Assembly (NCBI RefSeq): GCF_006345805.1
Contig: NC_042998.1
Span: forward strand, 21,886,001 to 21,950,000
DNA from: Octopus sinensis
Taxonomy: Eukaryota
Length of the DNA stretch: 64,000 nt
Reading direction: 5' to 3'
In this document: piece by piece, positions 14,133 through 27,585 of the stretch
How the letters are laid out: every line of letters begins with the position of its first letter
Position numbering within the stretch: position 1 is the stretch's first letter
Notes under the pieces: model-generated
Databases searched by the model: none
The model's input: only the letters and a program-made list of their open reading frames with translations
What the model was told of the DNA's origin: nothing
Made by a program: the position numbers and the translations under genes

Positions 14133-15735
14133 TATATGTTAGAATATTTTATTGGTTTAATGGCTATGTCCACCACTCCTTTTTATCTCCCAATTTCCTT
14201 TGACACCCTTATGAACTTATCTGCCCGATTCTTTGTAACACTTATATGCAACTCCAGGTACCTTGGGGTTACTCCCTGACCACATCTTTGCCACTCTCTC
14301 TCTCTCTCCTTTTTCATCATCATTGTTATAATCTTCACCACTTCACCATCATCACTGTTGTCCAAAACATCCATCATCTGTCATCGTTGACATGGTGATG
14401 ATGGTGGTGGTGGTGGTGGTGATGATGATGATGATGATGATGATGACATCATCATCATCATGATCTTTTTTCTCCACTTCCTCTTCTGCTTCCTCCTCTT
14501 CCCCACCTCTTGCAAAACTCTAAATATCAGTTATTATTACTTTGACATCATCATCATAATCTTCTTTCTCCACCTCCCCTTCTGCTTCACCCTCCTGCTA
14601 CCTCTTGTTATACTCTAAATATCTGTTATTATTATTCTGACATCATCATCACCACAGCAGGTATTACCATGTAATCTCTTCCACAGCAAGGCGCCTATTT
14701 TCTGTCCCCCTATCATCCTCTAATCTCTCGTCATCAGGCACAAGGCCATCTCCCTCAATACTACTCCCTTTCTCGGTCGAGGGATCTTCATCTTACAAGT
14801 TACTCGGTGACCCCACTGGTGCTGGTGCCACATATAAAGTATCCAGTCCACTCTGTAAAGTGGTTGGCATCAGGAAGAGCATCTAGCCATGATAACCACG
14901 CCAAAAGCAAACAACTGGAGCTTGGCACAGTCCTCTGGCTTACTAGCTCCTGTCATAATGTCCAACCCATACCAGCATGGCTAACGGATGTTAAATGATG
15001 ATAGTGACGATGATGATGACGATGATTGTGTTATTGAACTCAAATTCAGTTTTTATTGAGTATGACAGAGTTTGCATTACTTGATTATACTCGTCTTCTA
15101 TATTAAATTACATTATAACATGGATTGTCTTTCATAGTCAGTGATCATTTTACTACTTTCCGCTGCATATAAATTAGGAAGACAAAAAAAATTCATTGAG
15201 AAGTTGTTATCTTATTATCTGTCAACAAAATATAAATAAGCTAAAAGATTAAAAATACTTAAAATACGGATAATGAAAAATAATGCAAAACTCTTTCTAA
15301 ACTTGCCATTAAGAGCATTAAATAGTTGTGCTTTAGGTAAATAAAGAAATATGACTATCTGTTTTGTGTGGTGTTGCAGTGAAAATACATGTGTGTGTGT
15401 ATATATATATATATACATACATGCATATATATATATATACTTATATACATATAAATATACATGGGTGTCGTTTATAGATTTCAGAATGAAAGATTTATTA
15501 CATTTGCGTATGCACAACAAATGCATGCTTGCAGACACTCACACACGTACGTGTGCATATACATACCCACACACACATAGACACCACACATGCATGCATA
15601 AACACATACTCACTTTTCCTACACACACTCACACCTTTACATACATTCAGACGCCCCACATGAATGCAATCATATACAGGTGAATGTGTATGTGGACAAG
15701 TATGTATGCATATGTATGTGCATGTGTGTGTGTGC

Positions 15736-15777
<42 letters not shown>

Positions 15778-16163
15778 GTACCTATGTCCATCTATCAGCA
15801 CACGCATACTCAAAGAGAGAGAGAGAGAGGGAGAGACAGGTAAATAGACAGACAGGTAGATGTACATAACTATAGATGTATATATTATGTGTGTGTATAT
15901 ATTATAAATGTATTTATTTATATAAATTACAAGATTTTATGATGTTTCAAATGCAATTATATAATCTTGATGATAATTTGCCAAAGCACAGATATGTCTT
16001 ATAAAGCATTGAAAACCATAACTGGATTCTGTATTTTTGAATATTATTATTATTATTATTATTATTATTATCATTAGATGACAACTCATATGGTATACAC
16101 CTGGTAGCTTACCGGTAACACTCGTTCATTTTCACAGTGTTCAATGTGTATTTGATTAATGAG

Positions 16164-16296
16164 AGATGGAAGATACAAGAATGTTCATTAATCACTGCAG
16201 TTGTTAAGCCATCTAAGTGTCCCACCTATGAGGGATCGATACTTGATGAGTCGAAACAATTGTAGTGGTTAATAAACATTCTTGTATCTTCCATCT
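16164..16296 (+). ncRNA. Hammerhead-like motif (16222-16268) inside a ~42-bp inverted repeat
   Basis: ccac-CT(-)ATGA-stem II-GAA-ACAATTGT-A-gtgg; IR arms 16164-16205 and 16255-16296. Confidence 0.5.
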
Positions 16297-16322
16297 TCCA
16301 ACTCCCTCGTTAACCAAATATA

Positions 16323-16805
16323 TCATCATCATCATCATCATCGTTTAACGTCCATTTTCCGCTCTAGCATGGGTTGGACGGTTCGACCGGGGTCTGGGAA
16401 GCCAGGGCCTGCACCAGGCTCCAGTCTGATCTGGCAGTGTTTCTACAGCTGGATGCCCTTCCTAACGCCAACCACTCCGTGAGTGTAGTGGGTGCTTTTT
16501 ACGTGCCACCTGCACAGGTGCCAGGGGGGTCTGGCATCGGCCACGATCGGTTGGTGCTTTTAACGTGCCACTGGCACGGAAGCCAGCCAAGGTGGCGCTG
16601 GCATCGGTCACGTTCGGATGGTGCTTTTTATGTGCCACCGACACAGAAGCCAGTCGAGGCGGCGCTGGCATCGGCCACGTTCGGATGGTGCTTTTTATGT
16701 GCCACCGGCACAGAAGCCAGTCGAGGCGGCGCTGGCATCGGCCACGTTCAGATGATGCTTTTTATGTGCCACCGACACAGAAGCCAGTTGAGGCTGCGCT
16801 GGCAT
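16323..16805 (-). mobile_element. Retroposon family C with ~67-bp internal tandem subrepeats
   Basis: ggtgctttt-like motif recurs at 16491, 16553, 16620, 16687 and 16754; (ATC)n tail at the left end. Confidence 0.9.
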
Positions 16806-16814
16806 ATATATATA

Positions 16815-17094
16815 CTGTTGTGTCTGGGGAGAGTCATTTTCTTTTTGTGCCTTATTATGTAACACACCCACCGGTAAAATTTCCACTTTTTTCTTATTTT
16901 TATTTTCCTAAAACTTTCGTTGCATCTTGCTATCTTTTCAATAGTCTTGAGTCAAGAGTCAAGACTATTGAAAAGGTTGCAAGAAGCAACAAAAATTTTA
17001 GGAAAATCGAAATAAGAAAAAAGTGGAAATTTTACCGGTGAGTGTGTTACATTATAAGGCACAAAAAGAAAATGACTCTCCCCAGACACAACAG
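16815..17094. repeat. ~280-bp near-perfect palindrome (fold-back element)
   Basis: ctgttgtgtctggggagagtc ... gactctccccagacacaacag; centre ~16954. Confidence 0.9.
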
Positions 17095-17745
17095 AATATG
17101 CTTCAACACACGAACTCATAAAGAATCTTGCAAACCAAATCCAAAAACGAAATATATATATATACATACATACATAAAGAGTAAAGAACCCCTTCAGTCA
17201 TGAATGACCATGAGATTGCAGCTAGAAAGTCCCCCTCTGAGGCACAAGTCCAGGCAAGGTTGTTTTATGAAAGACCAGCAGTCACCCATGCATACCAGCC
17301 CCCACTCTCCATGACACCGATGTTATCCAAAGGCATCAGGGACATTGCAACTCATTTCTACAGCTGCATAAACTGGAGCAACATGAAATAAAGTGTCTTG
17401 CTCAGGAACACAACACAGCACAGTTCAGGAATCGAACTCACAACCCCACAGTTGTAAGAATTATCTGTTTACAGCTTGACACGGCTCTGTGCAAATTAAA
17501 GTTTCATACTCTTGCATAACAAATGTTGTCTTATAAGGCTTCTAATGGTAGAAAGTGAGATAAATAGATGTCTGATGAAAAACGTCTGTTCCATAAAAAT
17601 TGAAGTTGTTGGAGCTCACTCAAACTCTTATTGAATAATACATATAATTCCTCACAAATGTGTTGAGTGTTACTTTCTTCCGCTTGTCCACTCACCCATG
17701 TACATATATGTATGTTTGTGTGTATATATATATATATTATATATA

Positions 17746-17776
<31 letters not shown>

Positions 17777-17904
17777 CATATATGTGTGTGTGTGTGTGTG
17801 TGAGTGTATATGTTTGTGCCTTCTTGTCTTGACCTGGTGTGATAATTGTAAACGAGCATCAGTGTCATAGAAGCAGTGTCAGTCATTTCCGATTTTCTAT
17901 GAAA

Positions 17905-18268
17905 AATATTGCAATATTCTGCGAGAAAATGTTCCAAGAAGGATAGTGGCTGTCATGAAGAATAATAATCGCAAACGAATGATTTGAATGATTTAAGCCA
18001 TTTCATTCATCCAACACTTAGGTTATGAGAGTCTTCGAAAATCTCAACCTTAACTTCGAAATATTGCTTATGCTTATCATGTGACCAAATTAAAATTTTT
18101 TTTCTTTATGTCAGTAAAAAGTTTAAGCAAAAAGAAATTCTTGCTTATGCAATACATGATATTGTTGAAAAAAACACTTCCAAAATTTTGGTAAAGTATA
18201 TTTTGAACAAATTAGCTTCTATTGAATCTTGTTTCTCAGTTCCATCCAAATTTTGGAATGGCTGTGTG
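17905..18268 (+). mobile_element. Possible Tc1-like transposon 3' relic
   Basis: Translates as NILRENVPRRIVAVMK (cf. Tc1 C-terminal MPRRI.AVI); ends ttttggaatggctg, TIR-like. Confidence 0.35.
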
Positions 18269-18511
18269 GGTAAGAAGATCACTGTGCAACCATGTTTTTT
18301 TTTTAGGTTCAATCCCACTGCATGGCACTTTGAGTAAATGTCTTCTGTCATAGCCCTGGGCTAACAAAAACCCCACGAGTGGACTCAGAAGATAAAAACA
18401 GAAAGAAGCTCATCATCATCATGCTGGCATGGATGGTATATATATATATATATATATCTCCCCCTCTCTCTCTTTCAGAGAGGCACTGAGCAGCTATACG
18501 CACACATATAC

Positions 18512-18557
<46 letters not shown>

Positions 18558-18574
18558 ATATATATTATATATAT

Positions 18575-19007
18575 ATATATAAAACTCAACTTGTGTGTCT
18601 GTGTGTGCATCTGTGTGTGTGTCTGTGTGTTTAACTTCCCGGCACATCTCCTCCTAGCCAACAAATCGTAGAACCACCAAAAATGGGTCACTTAAAGTTT
18701 AGGCGAATGAAAATTGAATTACGCTATTTCTGTTCCGAAATTCATCTCGCAAGTGCAAAAATCGATAATGTGTTTATTTAGGCCTTATCCCATGCATTGA
18801 ATAGTGAACTTTACTCAGTCAGATGTTTGACGTGAACTGTGTTCACCACACGTGCAAGCATGCGTAAATTGCATGAAAAATAAAAAAATCAAGATATAAA
18901 AACGAATTGCCGTAAACATTGTAGAAATTCGGCAAAGAAATGAATTTTCGGGATGTAGCCTGGAGGGTTTTTTCTTATTAATATATATATATCATCATAT
19001 ATATATG

Positions 19008-19049
<42 letters not shown>

Positions 19050-19318
19050 TATATATATATGAGAGTATGATAGAAGAAGGCTAACTCTTCCTTCCGTAGA
19101 AGAAAAAATTCAAATCGGACCATGTTAACACCAAAAATTATTTACATCAAAAAGGTGCCTTTTTTCTATGAAAATCCCTATTTTTTATGATGTTTCGCCA
19201 TTTTTCGATGTATTTCACTTAAAGAGAATAAAAAGCTACATACTGCCAAATTTTTACTTTTCAAAAATTCCAATTCTAAAGGGTCTAAACAAACCACAAC
19301 GCCGGGTGATACTGCTAG
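18575..19318 (+). mobile_element. Non-autonomous Helitron (possibly two pieces)
   Basis: 3' end caacgccgggtgatactgCTAG|T; 19060-19318 matches 43759-44044; 5' ataaaactcaacttgtgtgtc resembles other copies. Confidence 0.75.
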
Positions 19319-20554
19319 TATATATATAAGAATATTTTTATATAAACCTAAAGCTTTCTTTTTTCTGTCAAGGGCTTATATGCCCCATTATTAGATTATT
19401 TTCCTTAGTTATTGCACGGTGATTGCCATAAGCTTTAAGCCTATATAAAAATACGATTATTATTATTTACAGGATTGTAAAAATGGCACCGTCTAAAAGA
19501 AAAACCCATTCTCACCGAAAGCACATACATATATCTATGTATGTATGTATCTATCTATCTATCTATATCTATATATAATATAAAGTGCATTGTGAAACAA
19601 GGAAGAGCATTGTAATCAGTGATGTATGACAACATCTGATAATCTGGTCAATGCAGTGAGAATGATGTGCGCGTGTGTGTGTGTTTGTATCCTTTTCTTG
19701 ATATCATGTGATCCTTCTAAATGATTGTTCTCATCATACAAGCAATGTCCTTCATTGGCAATATTCTGCAAGAGCAAGTCTCGCCATGCTTGGAAACAGG
19801 TGAGGGTTGGCAATGGGAAGAGTACCCAGCCATAGGAAAATTTGCCTCAATGAAATTCATATGACCCCATGCAAGCTTGGAAAAATGGACATTAAAACGA
19901 TGGTGATGACAACGATGACGACATCGATGATAATGACAACGATGTGTATTAGGAATAAAACACTGGAGATTTACCAGCTGGAAATCAAATTAAGCATGTC
20001 ATTATTTATTCAAAATTGATGTGATGCATTAGACTCGGTATTCATAGTAGTAGTAGTAGTAGAAATCATAGTAGTGAAGGCACATGGCTTAGTGGTTAGC
20101 ATATTCAGTTCATCATCATATGGTCATGAGTTCAATACCTGGCAACGCATCATTATACCCATGAGCAAGACATTTTATTTTATATTGTTACAGTCCACTC
20201 ATCTGGCAAAAATGAGTAGCCCCTGCATTTAAAGGGCCAGTCTTGTCACATTCTGTGTCATGCTGAATCTCCAGCTGGACATACATACAGACAGACAAGT
20301 AGGCAGGTGGACGGACAGATGGATAGAGAGATAGACAGACAGAAAGACAAACAGATGCATTGATAGATCGATAGATAGCTGGATAGATACGATGGGATTC
20401 TTTCAGTTTCTGTTTACCGTATCCACTCACAAGGCTTTGATTAGCCTGGGGCCATGGTAGAAGACACTTATCTAAGATGCCACAGTGTAGAATTGAACCC
20501 AGAACCATGTTGCTGGGAAGTAAACTTCTTACCACACAGCCATGCCTGTGCCTG

Positions 20555-20612
<58 letters not shown>

Positions 20613-21345
20613 TCTTTTCTTCTTCTTCTTCTTCTTCTTCTTCTTCTTCTTCTCTTCTTCTTATTATTTTTTTATTATTATTATTTTTTTTCTTCTTATT
20701 ATTTTTTTTCTTATTATAATTATTATTATTTATTATTATTATTGTTGTTGTTGTTGTTGTTGTTTTTCTTCAAGTATTTTTTTCAAATAATTTTTTTCCC
20801 CCCTTAAAATAGGCTAACTGCCATAACCTTATTTTTGATATAATAAATATTCCGCAACCAATTCAAGAAGTTATAATTATAATATTTTTCCTTTTTGAAT
20901 TACAGCCAACACGGATTTCAAAAAATAGTGATTGTCTTGTTTATTAAGAATAAATAAATAAATAAATAAATATATTAAAAGATGAATAATACAAAAACAA
21001 ATAAAATAGAAATAAAGAAACAGTAAAAGCACTTCGTACATAAAATAATTTGGATATAAAGCAACAAAGATGAAATTAAAAAGTCTGTGGAGAAAAAACA
21101 ACATGAAGTCTGTTGCCAAACTTTTTTTTCTCCTTGTTTTATCAGATCATGTAGATTAAGAAAATGTATATATGTGTGTGTGCAGTAATGTATGTGTGTA
21201 TGTGTATGCATGTGGGTATGTGTGTGTGTACGTGTCGAAAATGTATGTGCATGTGTATGTATACACACACACACACACATATATATATATCTGTGCATGT
21301 ATTTGAGTATGCATAAACTGACTATTATCTAAATGCATGCATATT

Positions 21346-21413
<68 letters not shown>

Positions 21414-21414
21414 G

Positions 21415-21448
<34 letters not shown>

Positions 21449-21663
21449 GTATAAATACACTCATACACACACAGATACATATATGTATGTGTATATATAT
21501 GTGTGTGTGTGAATATATATATATGTATATCTATCTTGCTATCTATATATGCATATATACATATATGTATATGTGTGCGTTCGAGTGTATATGCATTCAC
21601 ATATATCTATATAAATGTGTAAATATATATATATACACATATACATATATATACACGTATACA

Positions 21664-21704
<41 letters not shown>

Positions 21705-22477
21705 TTATGCATGTATGTTTGTCTTCTATATGTATATATGTATGCCTATATAAATATACACCTCACCATACATTTATACATTTCAGCTATAAAAATTAGC
21801 TGAAGCAAATATTAAATCGTACATACACCCGAAAAAAGGTAAAACAAACAAAATTAATATGTAGAATAAAGAAGCATAGAAATTGCTTTTAAACGAAGTG
21901 TTGATAGAAGCTTTGTATACACGAAAATTACAGAGTTGTAAAAATTGTAGAACAAAAAAAAACTATTTCCAACAAAATATGTAAATATGGTGTATAAATG
22001 TCTATGTAAATAGTTATAATGTAGAGGTTGAATATCAGTGTATACGAGGTAGTTGAACATGTGTGCATGTGACATACATGTACGTAAATTTGTATGTGTG
22101 TATGTTTAATTATGTGTGTGTTTGAGTGTGGGCTTGTATGTATGTGTGTATGTAGATATGTATTTATGTTTGCATGCATGAATTTATGTGTATATCTATA
22201 TGTGTGTGTATGTATTTAGGTATGTGAATGGGGGTATATTTCCATATGTATTACGTATATACCACCATGATCATCACTACCAGCTCCCAACGCCAGACAC
22301 TAACAAACACAAACAGACCCCCTACACACACACACACATAGACACACATGTATGTGCATATTTATGTGTGTTTATATATACTCTTGTTATCATTGCAAAT
22401 GAAAATGATGAATATTTATACACACAGCGCCACATACACACACACACATATATATATACGTATATACATACATATAT

Positions 22478-22735
22478 GTGAAGACATGTGACCTAGTGGT
22501 TAGGCTTCTGTACTCACTATTGCTAGATCGTGGGTTCGATTCCCAGATCGGGTGCATGTTGTGTTCTTCAGCAAAACACTTTATTTCAAATTGCTCCAGT
22601 CCCCTTTTCAACGGGGGAATATTGGCCTGCTTGCCTAGACAGCCAAGTGGTGTCATTTGAAGGCTAAAACAATGCAAGAAAGTGCATTGTGACCGGCGAT
22701 TTGTAACAACATCTGACCGTCTGGCCAGTAAAGTG
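22478..22735 (+). mobile_element. SINE family E-like with the tail type seen at 35128-35433
   Basis: tRNA-like head (gggttcgattccc) and tail catttgaaggctaaaacaatgc...cattgtgacc. Confidence 0.7.
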
Positions 22736-23116
22736 CTCACACACACACACACATGCATATATATATATGTGTGTGTCGAAAGACACCTGTTGTTATTTTT
22801 TTGTTTGTATTTGTCATTGTGTAACATTTTCTCTGTTGTTTTTTGTCTTTGTTGTTGTACACATTCGCTCGTTTTCTCCCAAAATATTTAATGCACTTAG
22901 ATATTTGGAGCCAACCAGATTTGAACAGTTTCAAGTGTAAGCCAGGCCAAAACTCTAAGGATAATCTGGAAACTTGACTGAGGAGAGAAGGCTATGAATG
23001 ACCTGTCCTTGTATTTTTTTCTGTCCGTTTTTTGTTGTTTTTTTCTGTCCATATTTGTATCATCTGTCCAGATGTTTTATTGTCTTGTTGCATTTATGTT
23101 CCATTTTGTTGGACTT

Positions 23117-23350
23117 ATCATCATCATCATCATTTAACGTCCGTTTTCCGCGCTAGCACGGGTTGGACGGTTTCGACCGGGGTCTGGGGAGCTCGGGACT
23201 GCCCCAGGCTCCAGTCTAGTCTGGCAGTGTTTCTACAGCTGGATGCCCTTCCTAACGCCAACCACTCCGCGAGTGTAGTGGGTGTTTTACGTGCCACTGG
23301 CAAGGTGCCAGAGGGGTCTGGCATCGGCCACGTTCGGATGGTGCTTTTTA
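23117..23350 (-). mobile_element. Retroposon family C
   Basis: Colinear with 16323-16560. Confidence 0.85.
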
Positions 23351-23993
23351 GGGGGGGGGGTGCAGAAATATAGGGGAGCAACAGTGGGAGGGATGGTTCA
23401 GAGGACAGGTACTAGGCAGTAGAACGTAGGATACCGAAGAGGGGTAATGCATGGTGAAATAGCGTATTGAGAGGGGGGGGCTTCAAAGAGTAGACACCTA
23501 TAATGGTGGTGAGGGGGGGTGCAGAAATATAGGGGAGCACCAGTGGAGGGGTGGTTCAGAGGACAGGTTCTAGGCAAGTAGAACGTAGGATATTCGAGAG
23601 AGGGGTAATGCATGGTGAAATAGCGTATTGAAGAGGGGGGTTCAAATAGTAGACACCTATAATGGTGGTGGGGGGGTGCAGAAATATAGGAGCACCAGTG
23701 GGAGGGGTGGTTCAGAGGACAGGTTCTAGGCAAGTAGAACGTAGGATATCGAGAGAGAGGGGTAATGCATGGTGAAATAGCTATTGAAGAGGGGGGTTCA
23801 AAGAGTAGAACCTATAATGGTGGTGGGGGGGTGCAGAAATATAGGGGAGCACCAGTGGGAGGGGTGGTTCAGAGGACAGGTTCTAGGCAAGTAGAACGTA
23901 AAGATAGGATATCGAGAGAGGGGTAATAATGCATGGTGAAATAGCGTATTGAAGAGGGGGGTTCAAAGAGTAGACACCTATAATGGTGGTGGG
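23351..23993. repeat. Purine-rich tandem repeat, ~157 bp x 4
   Basis: tgcagaaata recurs at 23361, 23520, 23677 and 23832. Confidence 0.9.
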
Positions 23994-24334
23994 AGAAACG
24001 ACATCCGGTATAGTTGGAGCAAAATAGAGATATCCGGTATTGGTGGTGGGGGTGGGTAGGGCGGGCGCGCCGCGAAGAAGAATCGGCAGCCAATTTCTAT
24101 CAGCCCTGTAAGGGAGAATAGATCTTAATATCTATAATGATAACTAGTGAATTATACAGAATATGCAAAAACGAGGCGAGGCTGAAATAGTAACAGAGTG
24201 GCGACTAGGGGGATCAGAATAATAATAATTAATAAATAATAATAATAAATAGAAATACGGGATGAATTAAAGTTCAAGGATTTCTTATCTTGGGATCACT
24301 TCGTTTACGGACAGTCTTGGCAAAAGGAATTCGG

Positions 24335-24715
24335 AATCTGAAATCGAAATCAAATTTGATGACTGGCATCTGTTCTAGTGGAGCCCTAAGCGCACCATCT
24401 GAGCATGATTGTTGCCATAGCAGCTAACTGGTTTCTATGCTGGTGGCATGAGAAAAGCACCATTCAAGCGTGATCGTTACCAGCATCACCTTACTGGCAC
24501 ATGAAAAAACATTCAAGCAATGTCCTTGCCAGTGCTGCTGGACTGGCTCCTGTGCAGGTGGCACATAAAAACACCATTTGAGCATGGCCGTTGCCAGTAC
24601 CACCAGACTGGCTCTCGTGCTGGTGGCATGTGAAAGCACCCACTACACTCTTGGAGTGGTTGGCATTAGGAAGGGCATCCAGCTGTAGAAACTCTGCCAG
24701 ATCAAGACTGAAGCA
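24335..24715 (+). mobile_element. Retroposon family C, older copy
   Basis: ggcacataaaaacacc subrepeats; ggttggcattaggaagggcatccagctgtagaaac. Confidence 0.8.
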
Positions 24716-24821
24716 AGCTACTTCTATGATATACGTCAACCGATTGCATTTATATTGTGACATGTCTTACCAAACACTGAAACAGGTAGCATGTAGTAGT
24801 AGTCCTAATATATATATAAAT

Positions 24822-25076
24822 AAATTATAAATTAGGGTATCTACGAGATACCACCATGCTGAAAATAGCAGCCATGAGCTGACTCTAAAACCACCTTAAT
24901 TGTCCATATATTAGGTGGTTTTAGCATCAGATCATAGCTGCTATTTTCAGCATGGTGGTAACTCATAGATACCCTAATTTATAATTTTAATAATTATCAC
25001 CTCTGAAGGTTATTTTTTCCATGCTGGCCACTTGATAAAATCGTTATTTTATTTTTAAATTAACGATCTTATCCTT
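24822..25076. mobile_element. Fold-back element with one-sided extension, flanked by (TA)n
   Basis: Palindrome 24822-24987; same family at 60113-60394. Confidence 0.85.
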
Positions 25077-26562
25077 ATATATATATATATATATATATAT
25101 TACTTTTTAAAGTTACCACAGGTTTTCTATAGAAATCAGAGGCAGCACAGAAAGTTAAGGTGTTTTATATATGAATATATCAATGTAAACAGTGTGATCA
25201 AAGTTAAAATCTAGGTAATGAGTGTATATGCATAATATTTCCAGAGTTATTGCTATTTCATGAGCACCTCATCAAACCCATTCAAATCGAAATGCAAAAA
25301 TGGCCATTCATTGCACAAAACTTTATTAAAATACGTATCAAACTGAAATAAGCTCTAAAACTGAAAGTCAATATAATAAATTAAAACCCACGGAAGATTG
25401 TGCTCCAGCTTGGCCACAGTCCAGTGACCGAAACTAATAAGAGAATTAAAAATTATGAAGTGAAAGATTGCAAATAGCAGAATGATGGTACAATGTTTAT
25501 TGATAAATTCAGCATATAATTTTCAAAGAAATTGCCGAGATGATATCATAGATCTCAAAGGGGTAGACATTCCGTATTAGGAGTTGACAGCCAATATATT
25601 TATTTATATGTTCTAAACCAATGATTTAAATTACTGCTACAACAGGCAGCTCTTTTCTGGCTTACGTAAATGTTTGCTCTTTCTTTCTTTCTTTCCTTCC
25701 TTTTTTGGTAATTTAATTTTTATTTGTAATTTATTTATTTATTTTTTAATTAAAAAAAAAACCCATCTATATTTTGCAAAAATATTTTGTCGTTGCTTTC
25801 ATTTTCTCAGAATATTTTATGGTGTGTTAATTCCTTGAAGTGTAATAAAATGTCTTGAAGACAAAAAAAATACAAACAAAAATAACATTATTTTCTTCAT
25901 TTTAATTCATTGCCAATATTATTTTTCTTTGTAAATTTTTTTTCTTTAAATCAAACACACAGAGACATATAATAAAAACTAGAGAATCACTTTCTTTGAC
26001 CATGTGATGGAGAAGGTTTCTTTTAGTTTTCAATGAATATAATTAGGATAGAGTTAAGAATACATACAATTTGCTATTTTAAATGCATGAAAGGCCAACC
26101 ATTCTTCCAAGTAAAATCAGAAAGAAAATAGAGAGATTATTTACTGTTCTAGGACTTCAGTTATACATTATTTTGGAGTTTAAATTCAAGATTTTACTTG
26201 GAATGGATTTAGTTGATAGAAACTGAAAGCCTACTGTATATACCTATGAAGCCTGTCACTCACACACACTCACAGACATGTATGTATATTTGTATGTATG
26301 CATGTCTCTTCTATTTTTTAATTATTATAATTCTTCCACTGAGGAGGGACTCCATTTCCAACAAATATACAAGTCTCCATCTTTGGGATGTAGTTAACAC
26401 AGACAAATTCACATTTGGAATTTGAGGAAAGTCTTGCATATTGGAATTTCAACATCAACAACAGGGTATTTTTGTATGAATGTATATATGTATAAATTTG
26501 TATGTTTTATGTATGTATTCTCATGCATATAGTTGCATATATAGACATGCTTATATATATAT

Positions 26563-26830
26563 TTAAACGCTAAACTTCTGGAAAGTTTTACAGATTTTTA
26601 CAGTTCCAGTGATGGACTGGATCTGTAATCTTCGAATTAGCTTTCCCCTTTCTGGTTTTGAGAAGCCTAATTTCTCAAGATTGGTCTTTAAGCAATGTGT
26701 TACATATTCCAGGACCCCAATAATTACGGGTATAAACCTGAACTTGTAATCTGGATAGAGTAACTGCAGATTTCTCAACAGTTCAGCATAGGTGTTCTCT
26801 TTTTCACTGATCGTCAGCTTTATGTTAACA
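26563..26830 (-). pseudogene. C-terminal relic of a restriction-like-endonuclease non-LTR retrotransposon
   Basis: EKENTYAELLRNL...FIPVIIGVL...LQIQSITGTVKICK matches the K..Y..L / PVIIG.LG / LQ....GT..I pattern. Confidence 0.7.
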
Positions 26831-26931
26831 TGTATGTATGTATGTATGTATGTAAGCATGCATGCATGTATGTGTGTGTGTGCATGTGCATTTGTGTATG
26901 TTGGTTTCTCCTTGCCCTGACATTTTCTCCT

Positions 26932-27232
26932 GAAGGTGCATGGCTCAGTGGTTAGGGTATTCAGCTAAGGATCATAAGGTCATAAGTTTAATTTCCAGTG
27001 TCACATTTTGTTCTTGAGCAAGACACTTTATTTCACATCGTTCCAGTCCACTCAGCTGGCAAAAATAAGAAGTGCCTGTTGTTCAAAGGGCCAGTGTTAT
27101 TACATTCTGTGTCATGCTGGATCTCCCTGAGAACTGCATTAAGGTTATGCATGTCTGTGGAGTACTCAGGCATTTTCCCATTGATTTAATGAGCAGGCTA
27201 TTCCATTGATTAGATCAACTGGAACTCTCATT
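26932..27232 (+). mobile_element. SINE family E-like
   Basis: gaaggtgcatggctcagtggttaggg head; tail as in 2527-3199. Confidence 0.7.
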
Positions 27233-27585
27233 TTTTTATGATTATTAACCTATTTGTTTTTTTAATTTTTTGACCTCCTACCAATTTGCCCTAATCAGCC
27301 AAGCTGCCAAAGGGCTTAATCTGATTTTTTATGCAATTTCTGAAAATAATTTTTTTGTAATCTTTACTTAATGTAATTGATAAAAAAATATTCAATGTAA
27401 ATTGAATTAATAAATTCATTTATTTATTTATAACTGCCTGTGTGCCATATTTTGTTATCTTTCTCTTAATCATCATCCTTGCATAGCTATTATTCTCTTT
27501 TCAAGAAGTGGAGTCCTTACACCATTTGTGTCTTAGTTTGAACATCCATTTTATAGAACTCATTTCCTTCTCATTTTTGGACTCG

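Noticed and set aside
16491-16805. CRISPR-like periodicity of 67 bp
   Set aside because: Whole units repeat with no unique spacers, no cas genes, eukaryotic context
17575-17640. CTGATGA box suggesting a hammerhead
   Set aside because: No downstream GAAA/GUH with pairing stems found
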